This document shows positions 20,352 to 28,738 of a stretch of DNA of 32,000 nucleotides, in pieces. Under the pieces are notes generated by a model. That model worked only from the letters and a program-made list of their open reading frames with translations. It did no database searches and was not told the origin of the DNA. Source of the stretch: Candidatus Saccharimonadota bacterium (lineage in GTDB: Bacteria > Patescibacteriota > Gracilibacteria > UBA1369 > 2-02-FULL-48-14); assembly GCA_965230905.1 (NCBI GenBank), contig OZ246396.1, positions 1,080,001-1,112,000 of the forward strand, written 5' to 3'. How positions within the stretch are numbered: position 1 is the stretch's first letter; each line of letters starts with the position of its first letter. The position numbers and the translations under genes are program-made.

Positions 20352-22220
20352 ATGCCAAAGAAAATCGATACAAAAAATGAAGGAGTGGCGGGAAGCCCTG
20401 TTGAGCTCCAAGGGCTTGATGAGGTTTCAGAACCTTTGAGAGGGCAAGTTGATCTTATCATGGAACAAGCGGACATCGCACATGAGGTCCGTACTGTACT
20501 GCCACAAGAAGACGTACAGACTCCCCGTTTTAGCCAGCTTTTCAAAGTGGCGCTAAGTGGGTTCCGTGAGGAACTGAAAAACTCACAGAGTTCTCTAGAA
20601 AGGGCTAGACAAGTTTTGGCGGGCGAGGGCTATTTTCAGGTGGTTTTACCTCGTGAGGACTGGAGAGATGTCTTTCCAAAAAAAGGGAAATGGATTTCAG
20701 AGGCCAAGGGTGAAGCAGAGTTGTCTCAAAAACGTACAAATGCACTTAGAACTAGTTTGGATGTGCAGACAGCGGAGCATGATAGCGCTTTACTGCGTGC
20801 ACACTTGGAATGTCCCACTCGAAAAACGCATGGGGTGCTTGAAGTTGAAGCAAGTGACGAAGATTTAGTTCTCCGATTGAGTCAGAAGGTTTTGGAAAGT
20901 GAGGCGGAGATTCCTGAACTTTCTTTGAAGGTAGATGCAGATGTTTATAAAATCACTTTTGATGAAAACCCTTTAACGGCAGAGGCCATTGGAGAATTTC
21001 CTTTGGAGGAAATGGATCGCTTGCTCAAGCAATTGGAGTGGCTCGAATCTTTTCTCAGGCATGTGATGGGTGCTCAGGCAAATAAAAATATAAGTATTGA
21101 AGTGCAGGGATTGGTACCTGTTCACTTCAATTACTTGCTCAAGAAGTGGAGAGACGCAGATGGAACGGATTCCTTTACAGAGTGTTTTAAACTTATAGAT
21201 TTACTGGGTGTCTTGAGGCTTAGTATCAATCACCGTAAGAAAGCCAAGAAAATGAATCTGACCACAAAAACTGGTGTTTTGAAAGAGGTGTATTGTCCGG
21301 GAAAAACCTTGGATTGCATTGAGCAACATGGCTTCAATTATGAAAGCACTTTTGAACAGGATGGTTTTACTTTTTACCTCTTGCCTGTAAAAAAGGTTGG
21401 GACTTACCTTAAGTGTCTTTTTTATGTATACGATGGGACTAAATTGCTCCCGCGGGTTGCTTATAAGTCTCAGTCTCATCAGTGTTGGAGAATTGACTCA
21501 GCTAACTCTGCCATAGATTATGAAGAACAACATTATGGGAAAGGGGTCTACTCCTATACCGTAGAGACCATTCCCTGTCCCCAGTTGAATAAGCTGCTGA
21601 TGGATATGGAAAAGAAAGTGGTTCTAAAAGATGAAAGCGACGAAGAGGATATCGGCTACGATATGGATCCTAGTGATGTAGAGGTTAATACTTATGTGGA
21701 TGAAGTTAAACTAGCGAAGAAACTCCCAGGTATCGATTGCGAGGATTTGCAATTGATACGGCCTCAATCGCGACAAGTAAAGACTCTAATCGAAAAATAT
21801 TTCCCGAAAACTTTTATGCCCGATTTTTCTACAGGCCCTGTCTCTACTCGAAAAGAGGAGCCCACTGAGTTTTTCCCCCAGGGCTATACTGTTGAAGAGT
21901 ATCATTTCACTTATAAAGGAAACGAAATGAGGCTCGACTTAGCCTATTCTCCCGATGGTCAGGTGTGGCCCGTTTATGCTCAACGGCTTAATGTCCCCAT
22001 AAACTCGTATGGTATCGCTTCAGAGGTTTTGCGTTTGGGCCCATTGAATTTGAAGCCTTATGAATACGCGCGCCAAGTGGATGAAGCCTATAAGGAATAC
22101 CTTGATCCCGTCCCTTCTCAGGCTAAGGCGCTAAAAGGTTACATCAATGTGACTCGACTTTTTGATCTACTGCCCCTGATTAAGGAGTTTAGGAAGCAAA
22201 GAAAAGTTAAGCGCCTTTAA
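20352..22220 (+). CDS. hypothetical cytoplasmic protein, 622 aa, no recognisable motif
   Basis: Long uninterrupted ORF starting 4 nt after the PP2C stop. No signal peptide, TM helix, P-loop or metal-binding motif is visible. Confidence 0.7.
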   Translation: MPKKIDTKNEGVAGSPVELQGLDEVSEPLRGQVDLIMEQADIAHEVRTVLPQEDVQTPRFSQLFKVALSGFREELKNSQSSLERARQVLAGEGYFQVVLPREDWRDVFPKKGKWISEAKGEAELSQKRTNALRTSLDVQTAEHDSALLRAHLECPTRKTHGVLEVEASDEDLVLRLSQKVLESEAEIPELSLKVDADVYKITFDENPLTAEAIGEFPLEEMDRLLKQLEWLESFLRHVMGAQANKNISIEVQGLVPVHFNYLLKKWRDADGTDSFTECFKLIDLLGVLRLSINHRKKAKKMNLTTKTGVLKEVYCPGKTLDCIEQHGFNYESTFEQDGFTFYLLPVKKVGTYLKCLFYVYDGTKLLPRVAYKSQSHQCWRIDSANSAIDYEEQHYGKGVYSYTVETIPCPQLNKLLMDMEKKVVLKDESDEEDIGYDMDPSDVEVNTYVDEVKLAKKLPGIDCEDLQLIRPQSRQVKTLIEKYFPKTFMPDFSTGPVSTRKEEPTEFFPQGYTVEEYHFTYKGNEMRLDLAYSPDGQVWPVYAQRLNVPINSYGIASEVLRLGPLNLKPYEYARQVDEAYKEYLDPVPSQAKALKGYINVTRLFDLLPLIKEFRKQRKVKRL

Positions 22221-23506
22221 GCGCTAACTCCCGGCACCGGATACTTGAGGCACATCTCGACCACTTTGGTTTTGATGCCCGCGAGGTATGCGTCATCGGA
22301 GTGGTGTTTGAGTGCGTCGAGCATCCATTCGCCGATTTGTTTCATTTCGGCTTCCTTGAAGCCACGCGTGGTGGCAGCAGGAGTTCCGAGACGGATTCCG
22401 CTTGGTTTTAACGGTGGATTTGGATCGTCGGGGATCACTTGTTTGTTGGTGGTGATGCCGGCTTTGTCGAGCGCGATTTCGGCTTCCGTTCCGCCCACGC
22501 CAAAGCTCACGGTAGTGTCGACCACCATCATGTGGTTGTCCGTTCCATCGGTGATCAGCTTAGCGCCGCCAGCCATGAGCGTTTCGGCCAAGGCCTTAGC
22601 GTTTTTCAAAACTTGAGCTGCGTATTCTTTGAATTCTGGTTGCAGTGCCTTACCAAGGGTCACGGCAATAGAAGCAATGGTTTGCATGTGAGGCCCTCCT
22701 TGAAGTCCTGGGAACACGGATTTGTCGATGGCTTTTGCGTACTCTGCCTTACAAAGAATCATTCCTCCACGAGGACCGCGGAGAGATTTGTGAGTGGTGG
22801 TGGTAACAATATCGAAGCCGTAGTCGAAAGGGTTTCGCATCACGCCTCCGGCGATGAGTCCACCGATGTGAGCCACGTCCGCCATAGTGATGGCGCCCAC
22901 CGCATCCGCCGCTTTGCGAAAAATGCTGTAGTCGAGGTCACGAGGGTAGGAAGTGTATCCACACAAAATAATTTTAGGCTTGTGCTCGAGGGCGAGCGCC
23001 ATGATTTCTTCAGGGTCGATCCAGCCACCTTTTTCTGGATGAGTCTTGTAGCGTACAAAGTTGAAGATCTTTCCCATGTGAGAAACCGGGTGGCCGTGGG
23101 TGAGGTGGCCTCCGTGTGAGAGGTCCATTCCGAGCACGGTGTCGCCGGGTTGAAGGAAGGCCATGTAAACCGCTTGGTTCATAGGAGAACCTGAGAGAGG
23201 CTGTACGTTCGCGTGATCGCATTTGAAAACTTGCTTAGCACGTTCAATGGCTAGGCTTTCTACCACATCGGTGAATTCCTGCCCTCCGTAGTAACGCTTC
23301 CCCGGGTATCCTTCTGCATATTTGTTGGTGAGCACGCATCCGTTGGCCGCAAAAACTTCTGGGTAAGTATAGTTCTCGGATGGAATGAGCTCGATTCCCT
23401 CCATTTCACGTTTTTCTTCGCCTGCGATGGCATTGAAAACGTCAGGGTCGTTGGCGGCAAGCATTTCCCAGTTCTTGAGGATGGCAGGGTTCATCGGAGC
23501 GGTCAT
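22217..23506 (-). CDS. glyA: serine hydroxymethyltransferase, 429 aa
   Basis: PLP-lysine motif VTTTTHKSLRGPRGG. N-terminal ELIPSENY and the GYPGKRYYGG block are present. Confidence 0.95.
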   Translation of the reverse strand: MTAPMNPAILKNWEMLAANDPDVFNAIAGEEKREMEGIELIPSENYTYPEVFAANGCVLTNKYAEGYPGKRYYGGQEFTDVVESLAIERAKQVFKCDHANVQPLSGSPMNQAVYMAFLQPGDTVLGMDLSHGGHLTHGHPVSHMGKIFNFVRYKTHPEKGGWIDPEEIMALALEHKPKIILCGYTSYPRDLDYSIFRKAADAVGAITMADVAHIGGLIAGGVMRNPFDYGFDIVTTTTHKSLRGPRGGMILCKAEYAKAIDKSVFPGLQGGPHMQTIASIAVTLGKALQPEFKEYAAQVLKNAKALAETLMAGGAKLITDGTDNHMMVVDTTVSFGVGGTEAEIALDKAGITTNKQVIPDDPNPPLKPSGIRLGTPAATTRGFKEAEMKQIGEWMLDALKHHSDDAYLAGIKTKVVEMCLKYPVPGVSA

Positions 23507-23517
23507 GAAGCAGAGGG

Positions 23518-24066
23518 TTAAGGGTGAATAAGGGATTTATCGGTGATTATGAGATCAAGGGGAACGTCGTGAGCTTCGTCGGGCACGGTTTCAATCACTT
23601 GCTCGGCAAAAGCCAGGCCTACTTTATAGCCCTTTGTCGATTTGAGCAATTTATCGTAATGGCCTTTGCCGTAGCCTATGCGGTGTCCGCGGGTGTCGAA
23701 GGCTAGGCCGGGCACAACAATGAGGTCCATTTCTTCGGGCTGTGCGGGGGTGGCGGTGTCGCTGGGTTCCAGAATCCCAAAGGTTCCTGGCTGCAGGTCT
23801 TCCCATGTGGTGAGTGGGCAAATGGCGAGGGTGCCTTCGTGGATTTTGGGCACGTAAAGCTGGCGGCCGGTTGCGAGGGCGTCTTTAATAAGCGCGTGAG
23901 TGGCGACTTCATCTTTTGCGGAAACGTAGATCAGGATTTTTTTGGCGTCTTGGTAGGCTGGCAATTCTTCGAGGCGGCGGCGGATGGCTTCAGATTTTTC
24001 CGCATGCAAAGCCGGTGAGAGCGACTGGCGCTGCTCACGCATTTGGTTGCGGATCGCGTTTTTCAT
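23518..24066 (-). CDS. 5-formyltetrahydrofolate cyclo-ligase, 182 aa
   Basis: Family pattern: N-terminal R..MR..R; ...VPGLAFD..G.RIGYGKGHYDK. It lies immediately upstream of glyA on the same strand. Confidence 0.8.
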   Translation of the reverse strand: MKNAIRNQMREQRQSLSPALHAEKSEAIRRRLEELPAYQDAKKILIYVSAKDEVATHALIKDALATGRQLYVPKIHEGTLAICPLTTWEDLQPGTFGILEPSDTATPAQPEEMDLIVVPGLAFDTRGHRIGYGKGHYDKLLKSTKGYKVGLAFAEQVIETVPDEAHDVPLDLIITDKSLIHP

Positions 24067-24125
24067 AGGGTGGGAAAGCGGCTAAAGTGTGCCCTGTAGC
24101 TTTGGTTTTGTAAAGAAAAAATCTA

Positions 24126-24134
24126 TGCTAGAAT
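24126..24134 (+). promoter_or_regulatory. candidate extended -10 promoter for htrA
   Basis: TGcTAGAAT at 24126-24134, 25 nt upstream of the ATG. The -35 is weak. Confidence 0.3.
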
Positions 24135-24158
24135 CCCAAGGCCTTTAACAAAATTATT

Positions 24159-25334
24159 ATGTCTAATTCTAATAAAAGTTTCATGTTCGCGTTAGTGTCC
24201 GTTGTTAGCATTTTCTTTGGAGCCATTGGGGGCGGCCTAAGCAGCTGGTTGATTTTATCTCAAACGGCTGAGGAGACTCCTGCCGAAACGGTGATCAACT
24301 TTGAAAATGGCTCTTATAATAGTGTGTGGGAAAAGGCTTCGCCGGCCGTGGTTTCGGTGGTGGCCCTTAAGGATTTGGGTGACTTAGCGAATCAATTTTC
24401 TTTCTTCGGCGTTCCCACTACACCTCAAACCACTGAGGGCGATGGGGAACTTTCAAAAGTGAGCAGCGGAACGGGATTTATTATTACGGCGGATGGACTC
24501 GTGGTCACCAATAAGCACGTGGTGGCGGATACGGCGGCTGAATATGCCGTGATTTTGGAGGATGGAACGCAGCTCGAGGCAGAGGTGCTGGATACCGATA
24601 CGCTCAACGACATTGCTTTGGTGCAGATTTTGGGGGAGGACGAACGGATCGGAGATTTGCCGACTTTGGAGTTTGCCGATTCGGATGAGATTAAAATAGG
24701 AGATCCTGTGGTTGCGATTGGAAACGCTCTCGGTGAATATTCCAACACCACCACGGTGGGAATTATTTCTGCAACGGGTCGTGAAATCATTGCGTCCAGC
24801 GGGCTCGGTGTTAGTGAAAATTTGGTGAATTTGATCCAAACAGATGCGGCCATCAATCCGGGGAACAGCGGAGGACCACTGCTCAATTTAAATGGTGAAG
24901 TCATTGGAATGAACACGGCCATTGATACCACCGCGAGCGGAATTGGGTTTGCCATCCCTTCTAATGACATAGCGACGGTGGTGCTTTCCTACCAAGAATT
25001 TGGACGGATTGTGCGGCCTTTTGTGGGAGTTCGCTATATTCCTGTTAATGCTTTGGTGAAGGAACGTTTCCAGCTCGATTCCGATACCGGAGTTTTGGTC
25101 ACGGGTGATCAGCAGGCAGGAACCTCAGGAGTTGTGGAAGGGAGTCCCGCGGAAAAAGCAGGTATCCTGGAAGGCGACGTTATTTTGGCCGTGGACGACA
25201 AGGAACTTTCCTCAACCTACAGCCTTTCCAACGCCATTGCGGGTTACTTGGTGGGTGACGTGATCACGCTCAAAGTGCAGCGCGATGGAGACATTATTTC
25301 CATTGAACTCACGCTGGAAGAGAGTACTCAGTAA
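24159..25334 (+). CDS. htrA: HtrA/DegP-family serine protease with one PDZ domain, membrane-anchored, 391 aa
   Basis: N-terminal TM helix. Catalytic His (VTNKHVV), Asp (NDIALV) and Ser (GNSGGPL). C-terminal PDZ (GSPAEKAGILEGDVILAVD). Confidence 0.9.
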   Translation: MSNSNKSFMFALVSVVSIFFGAIGGGLSSWLILSQTAEETPAETVINFENGSYNSVWEKASPAVVSVVALKDLGDLANQFSFFGVPTTPQTTEGDGELSKVSSGTGFIITADGLVVTNKHVVADTAAEYAVILEDGTQLEAEVLDTDTLNDIALVQILGEDERIGDLPTLEFADSDEIKIGDPVVAIGNALGEYSNTTTVGIISATGREIIASSGLGVSENLVNLIQTDAAINPGNSGGPLLNLNGEVIGMNTAIDTTASGIGFAIPSNDIATVVLSYQEFGRIVRPFVGVRYIPVNALVKERFQLDSDTGVLVTGDQQAGTSGVVEGSPAEKAGILEGDVILAVDDKELSSTYSLSNAIAGYLVGDVITLKVQRDGDIISIELTLEESTQ

Positions 25335-26845
25335 GGGAAAGGAATGAGCTCATTGCGTTTCCTGTAGCGCGCTTCAAAGGAAAGGCGTGGTAGTGCCACG
25401 CCCACTTTCTTGTAAAACTTGATTTCGTTGCTTTGAAACTTGAAGGGCTTTTTCTCAACCGGGCAGAAGAAGACGAAACTGCTTAGGTCGTTTTGAACTT
25501 GGCCAACTTGATCAGGAATTTGGTCGACGCTTAGAGTGCCTTCTGGGATCTGTGCTTGTTTTTGTGCGCTTGCCTGAGGAAAATAATCCTGCGCCATGGT
25601 GTCTTCGTAAGGGAAGAGTGAGAATTTTTCTGGGAAGAACTCGCCGTATTCACCGGTCTTCATCATGTGGTCTTTGATTTTGGCCACAGTGGCTCGGTAT
25701 TCCTCTTCGCTGTACTGCTTGTTGAAAATGCAGAACTTGCCTTTTTTGAGACCCACGCAGCCGAAACAATCTTCACAGCCCCAGCAACTTTCGCAGTATT
25801 CCAGGTTGTTGGAGTGCATACAGTAGCTGCAGTATTTGAGGTCGTAGCAGTTGGCGATGGTGACCGTTTCTAGGCACAGCGCCGTTTTCATCCCGTAGGC
25901 GTAGAAGTCGTAGGAGTCCTTCACGTCCACAGAATTGAGCACGTAGCGGCAGTCTTCACAGTCGGAAATGGTGTAGGAGTCGGTAGAGTTTTTGCTGTTG
26001 TAGATGGATTCGCCGTTGCAGTTTTCGGAGTTCAAAATGATGTGGCGCATCTTGGGCCATTGCGTGGAAAATTCAGCCCAGGCTTTTTTGGCCGCCTCAA
26101 CTCCTGCGTAAGAATCCAGACGATATTCTTTGATTTTCTCCTGATATTGCTCCTTGGTGAGCTGCTGGTTGAAGAGGCAAAATTCCTGGCGCTCCAGGCC
26201 GTAGCAAAACATGGAATTCTTCACACCACGGCAGTTTCGTAAAAAGGCAGAATCGGTGCAGTTGTCGCAGTCGTCGGAGAATTTTACGCCGTAACAGTTT
26301 TTAATGTTCACGCATTCGTAACAAAGTTCGCTCATGATCGCGTTGGTGCAGTCCACGCAGTCGCGGCTACGGTCGCAAAAGCGCACGTACATGCAGTCTT
26401 CGTCCATTTCTGAATTGAAGATGTAGTAGCAATTGCGACAGTTCCCACAGTGATTGGAGTACTCGGAATTCTCTTCATTTCCCGCGGTGGCCTTGTGCAT
26501 GCGAGGCGCTTTGGCCCAAATTTCTGCGAATTGTTCGGCGAACGTTTTATTAAAATCAAAAGCTTCCAATTGCGGCACGCTGTGCATTTGCTTCTGCCAC
26601 TCGTCCGTGTGAAAAACAGGGAAGGGAGCGTCTGGGCGAATATTGGACACAATGGTTTTCCCACTGGCGTCACACTTACGGGCGTGCAGTTTGCGCTCAT
26701 TGCGGAAGCTCAGCCGTCGTTTAAGACGATCTTTTGGACAAAGCTTAGGCGCTGGTGCGCCGCGTTTGGCATAGTAGGCTTGGTCGCGCTCATCGATTTC
26801 AAAGGGGCTTTGGCAGTGGAAGCAAGTTTGGGTGAGGGTTGGCAT
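25328..26845 (-). CDS. cysteine-rich repeat protein with internal duplication and related terminal modules, 505 aa, function unknown
   Basis: More than 40 Cys residues lie in short C-x2-C, C-x5-C and similar repeats. Two halves end in EFCLFNQQLTKEQYQEKIKEY and KFCIFNKQYSEEEYRATVAKIKDH. The N- and C-terminal modules share the PF.(I/F)...(D/E)..(Y/F)Y.K.G...P...R...RNE pattern. Confidence 0.75.
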   Translation of the reverse strand: MPTLTQTCFHCQSPFEIDERDQAYYAKRGAPAPKLCPKDRLKRRLSFRNERKLHARKCDASGKTIVSNIRPDAPFPVFHTDEWQKQMHSVPQLEAFDFNKTFAEQFAEIWAKAPRMHKATAGNEENSEYSNHCGNCRNCYYIFNSEMDEDCMYVRFCDRSRDCVDCTNAIMSELCYECVNIKNCYGVKFSDDCDNCTDSAFLRNCRGVKNSMFCYGLERQEFCLFNQQLTKEQYQEKIKEYRLDSYAGVEAAKKAWAEFSTQWPKMRHIILNSENCNGESIYNSKNSTDSYTISDCEDCRYVLNSVDVKDSYDFYAYGMKTALCLETVTIANCYDLKYCSYCMHSNNLEYCESCWGCEDCFGCVGLKKGKFCIFNKQYSEEEYRATVAKIKDHMMKTGEYGEFFPEKFSLFPYEDTMAQDYFPQASAQKQAQIPEGTLSVDQIPDQVGQVQNDLSSFVFFCPVEKKPFKFQSNEIKFYKKVGVALPRLSFEARYRKRNELIPFPY

Positions 26846-26854
26846 ATGTAGATA

Positions 26855-27724
26855 TTATGATTTATGGATCGCAGCAAGGGCAAGCTCAGCTTTTTCGCGT
26901 GTGGTTTTAAATTGACGCTCGAGCGAACGTAAGTCTTTTTCTCGTTCGCCGGCTTTACTCAAGTCCCATCTAAAAGATTCCCAGTCATCTTTTGCATGAA
27001 AACTCCAGCGCCAGTGTCGGTTCCCGCTAGGCCCTTCACTTCCTTTTATAAAATTCCACGGGCTCCTGGGTTGATGCTTAGTTTTATCTAAGTTTCGGTT
27101 CATCTCATCGGGAGTGCTCGTTCTCAGGACCGCTTCGGCTGGATCGCGGAGCTTGTACCACGTGTCCCAGGCTAGCTCCGGTACATCTGGATTGAATTTC
27201 CTGATCGGCTCCTGCCCTTTAGGGAGCTGGTATTCGGATCCAGTTGTCTCGAAAAGGCGTCTAGAAATAGTGTTGCTATCTGGTCTTTGAGCGAATGTTT
27301 TCAATTGATCCACTGAAAGTTTTTTCCAAAACTTGAATTCATGTGCTGTGAGGAGGTTATAATTTCCTTGGTACTTGAATCGACGATCTAAGCGGTTATC
27401 TTCATGCCAGCGTTCGCTTAAAGTGGGCAAAACCCAGGATGCACGTTCTAGACCCAATTTTAGTAATTCGCGTACTTTCCATTCGGTGCCATACTTTGGA
27501 TCTGCTTGGTTTGCCTGCCAATCGGGTTTTCCTTTCGAAATCAGTCGTTCAACGGTTTCTTCATCCAGCTCGCCGGTGTTTAGTAGACCGGTTTTGCACT
27601 GAGATACCGCCTTTAAAACAGGATTCTCTGATTCAAAAGTGTCCTTTGTCAAAGCCGAATCGATCTCTTCTTCTGGAAGATCAAAGAATTGGCTGAGAAT
27701 TTGGGTGACTTGTGTCATGCACAT
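26855..27724 (-). CDS. hypothetical Trp-rich protein, 289 aa (possibly starting at the second ATG, 27718)
   Basis: Uninterrupted ORF ending 9 nt upstream of the Cys-rich gene on the same strand. No recognisable motif. Confidence 0.65.
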   Translation of the reverse strand: MCMTQVTQILSQFFDLPEEEIDSALTKDTFESENPVLKAVSQCKTGLLNTGELDEETVERLISKGKPDWQANQADPKYGTEWKVRELLKLGLERASWVLPTLSERWHEDNRLDRRFKYQGNYNLLTAHEFKFWKKLSVDQLKTFAQRPDSNTISRRLFETTGSEYQLPKGQEPIRKFNPDVPELAWDTWYKLRDPAEAVLRTSTPDEMNRNLDKTKHQPRSPWNFIKGSEGPSGNRHWRWSFHAKDDWESFRWDLSKAGEREKDLRSLERQFKTTREKAELALAAIHKS

Positions 27725-27753
27725 GATTATGCCGACTTTTTAAATCTGGTCAA
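27725..27753 (-). promoter_or_regulatory. promoter abutting the start codon (candidate leaderless transcript)
   Basis: On the minus strand: TTGACC (27753-27748), 17-nt spacer, ATAATC (27730-27725), directly followed by ATGTGCATG. Confidence 0.4.
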
Positions 27754-27782
27754 ATTAGTGTCGGGAAAATGTATCAAATATA

Positions 27783-27811
27783 TTGACTAAAATAACCTGT
27801 AAAGATATTCT
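27783..27811 (+). promoter_or_regulatory. candidate promoter of the TrmB-family regulator gene
   Basis: TTGACT (27783-27788), 17-nt spacer, TATTCT (27806-27811), 39 nt upstream of the ATG. Confidence 0.4.
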
Positions 27812-27850
27812 GAATATGATTCTGACGGTTTTTCTCCACACAATCCTGCT

Positions 27851-28642
27851 ATGATTGAACAACTGCAAAAACTCGGGCTCACGGTGAAGGAAGCCACCTT
27901 GTATATCGCTACGCTGGAACTCGGGGAGGCGTCGCCTGTTTCGACCATTGCTAAGAAGGCGAATGTGAATCGAACCACGGCGTATGATCTGCTGGAATCC
28001 TTGGTGAACCGTGGGCTTATTATTGGATCGAATCATAAAAAGTACCGTTATTACCGGGCGCAGTCGCCGGATAAACTGGTGAGCTACTTAAAAGAAGAAA
28101 GTGCTCGTTTTTCTCGCCTCGCCGACGAAGCCAATGAAATTTTGCCTGAACTGAACACGCATTATCGGGCGCTCACCAATCGTCCACGGGTTTATTTTTA
28201 TGAAGGGGAGGAGGGGCTCGTGCGGGTGTATGAGGAAACGCTCAACTCCACCGAGGAAATTTTAGCTTACGCCAGTGATCAGGCGAATCAGGAGGCGATT
28301 CCTTGGTATTTTCCCAAATACTACAAACGCCGTGCGGCTAAAAAGATTCCAATTCGCGGAATTTTCCCGGATGAACCTAAAAACTGGGAGCGTCATGCGC
28401 TGGACAAAGAAGAGTTGCGCCGGAGTTTAGTGGTGCCCAAGTCCAAGCTCGACTTCAGCCCAGAGATCAACTTTTTTGACGACAAAATCATGATTGCGGA
28501 CTGGAAAGGCAAAATTGGGATTATTATTGAGAGCAAAGAAATCGCCACGGCCTTTAAACAAACCTTCGAGCTCGCCTGGGAGGCGGCGGGTAAATATCAT
28601 AAAGATTTGAAAAAGAAGCGAGAAAAGAAATTTATCGTGTAA
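27851..28642 (+). CDS. TrmB-family transcriptional regulator, 263 aa
   Basis: N-terminal winged HTH: LGLTVKEATLYIATLELGEASPVSTIAKKANVNRTTAYDLLESLVNRGLI. The C-terminal effector-like domain follows. Confidence 0.8.
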   Translation: MIEQLQKLGLTVKEATLYIATLELGEASPVSTIAKKANVNRTTAYDLLESLVNRGLIIGSNHKKYRYYRAQSPDKLVSYLKEESARFSRLADEANEILPELNTHYRALTNRPRVYFYEGEEGLVRVYEETLNSTEEILAYASDQANQEAIPWYFPKYYKRRAAKKIPIRGIFPDEPKNWERHALDKEELRRSLVVPKSKLDFSPEINFFDDKIMIADWKGKIGIIIESKEIATAFKQTFELAWEAAGKYHKDLKKKREKKFIV

Positions 28643-28738
28643 GGATTCTGAAAACTCGTCGTCATACTCTATGTACTACAGCGCTTGGTGCGAAAGAAAC
28701 GGTGTGAAAACACTTTATTTAGCTTTAACCCAAACCCC

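Noticed and set aside
18773-22220. RsbU-type partner-switching module (PP2C with STAS and anti-sigma kinase partners)
   Set aside because: No small STAS-domain or GHKL anti-sigma kinase ORF lies next to the phosphatase. The only downstream gene is a 622-aa protein with neither signature.
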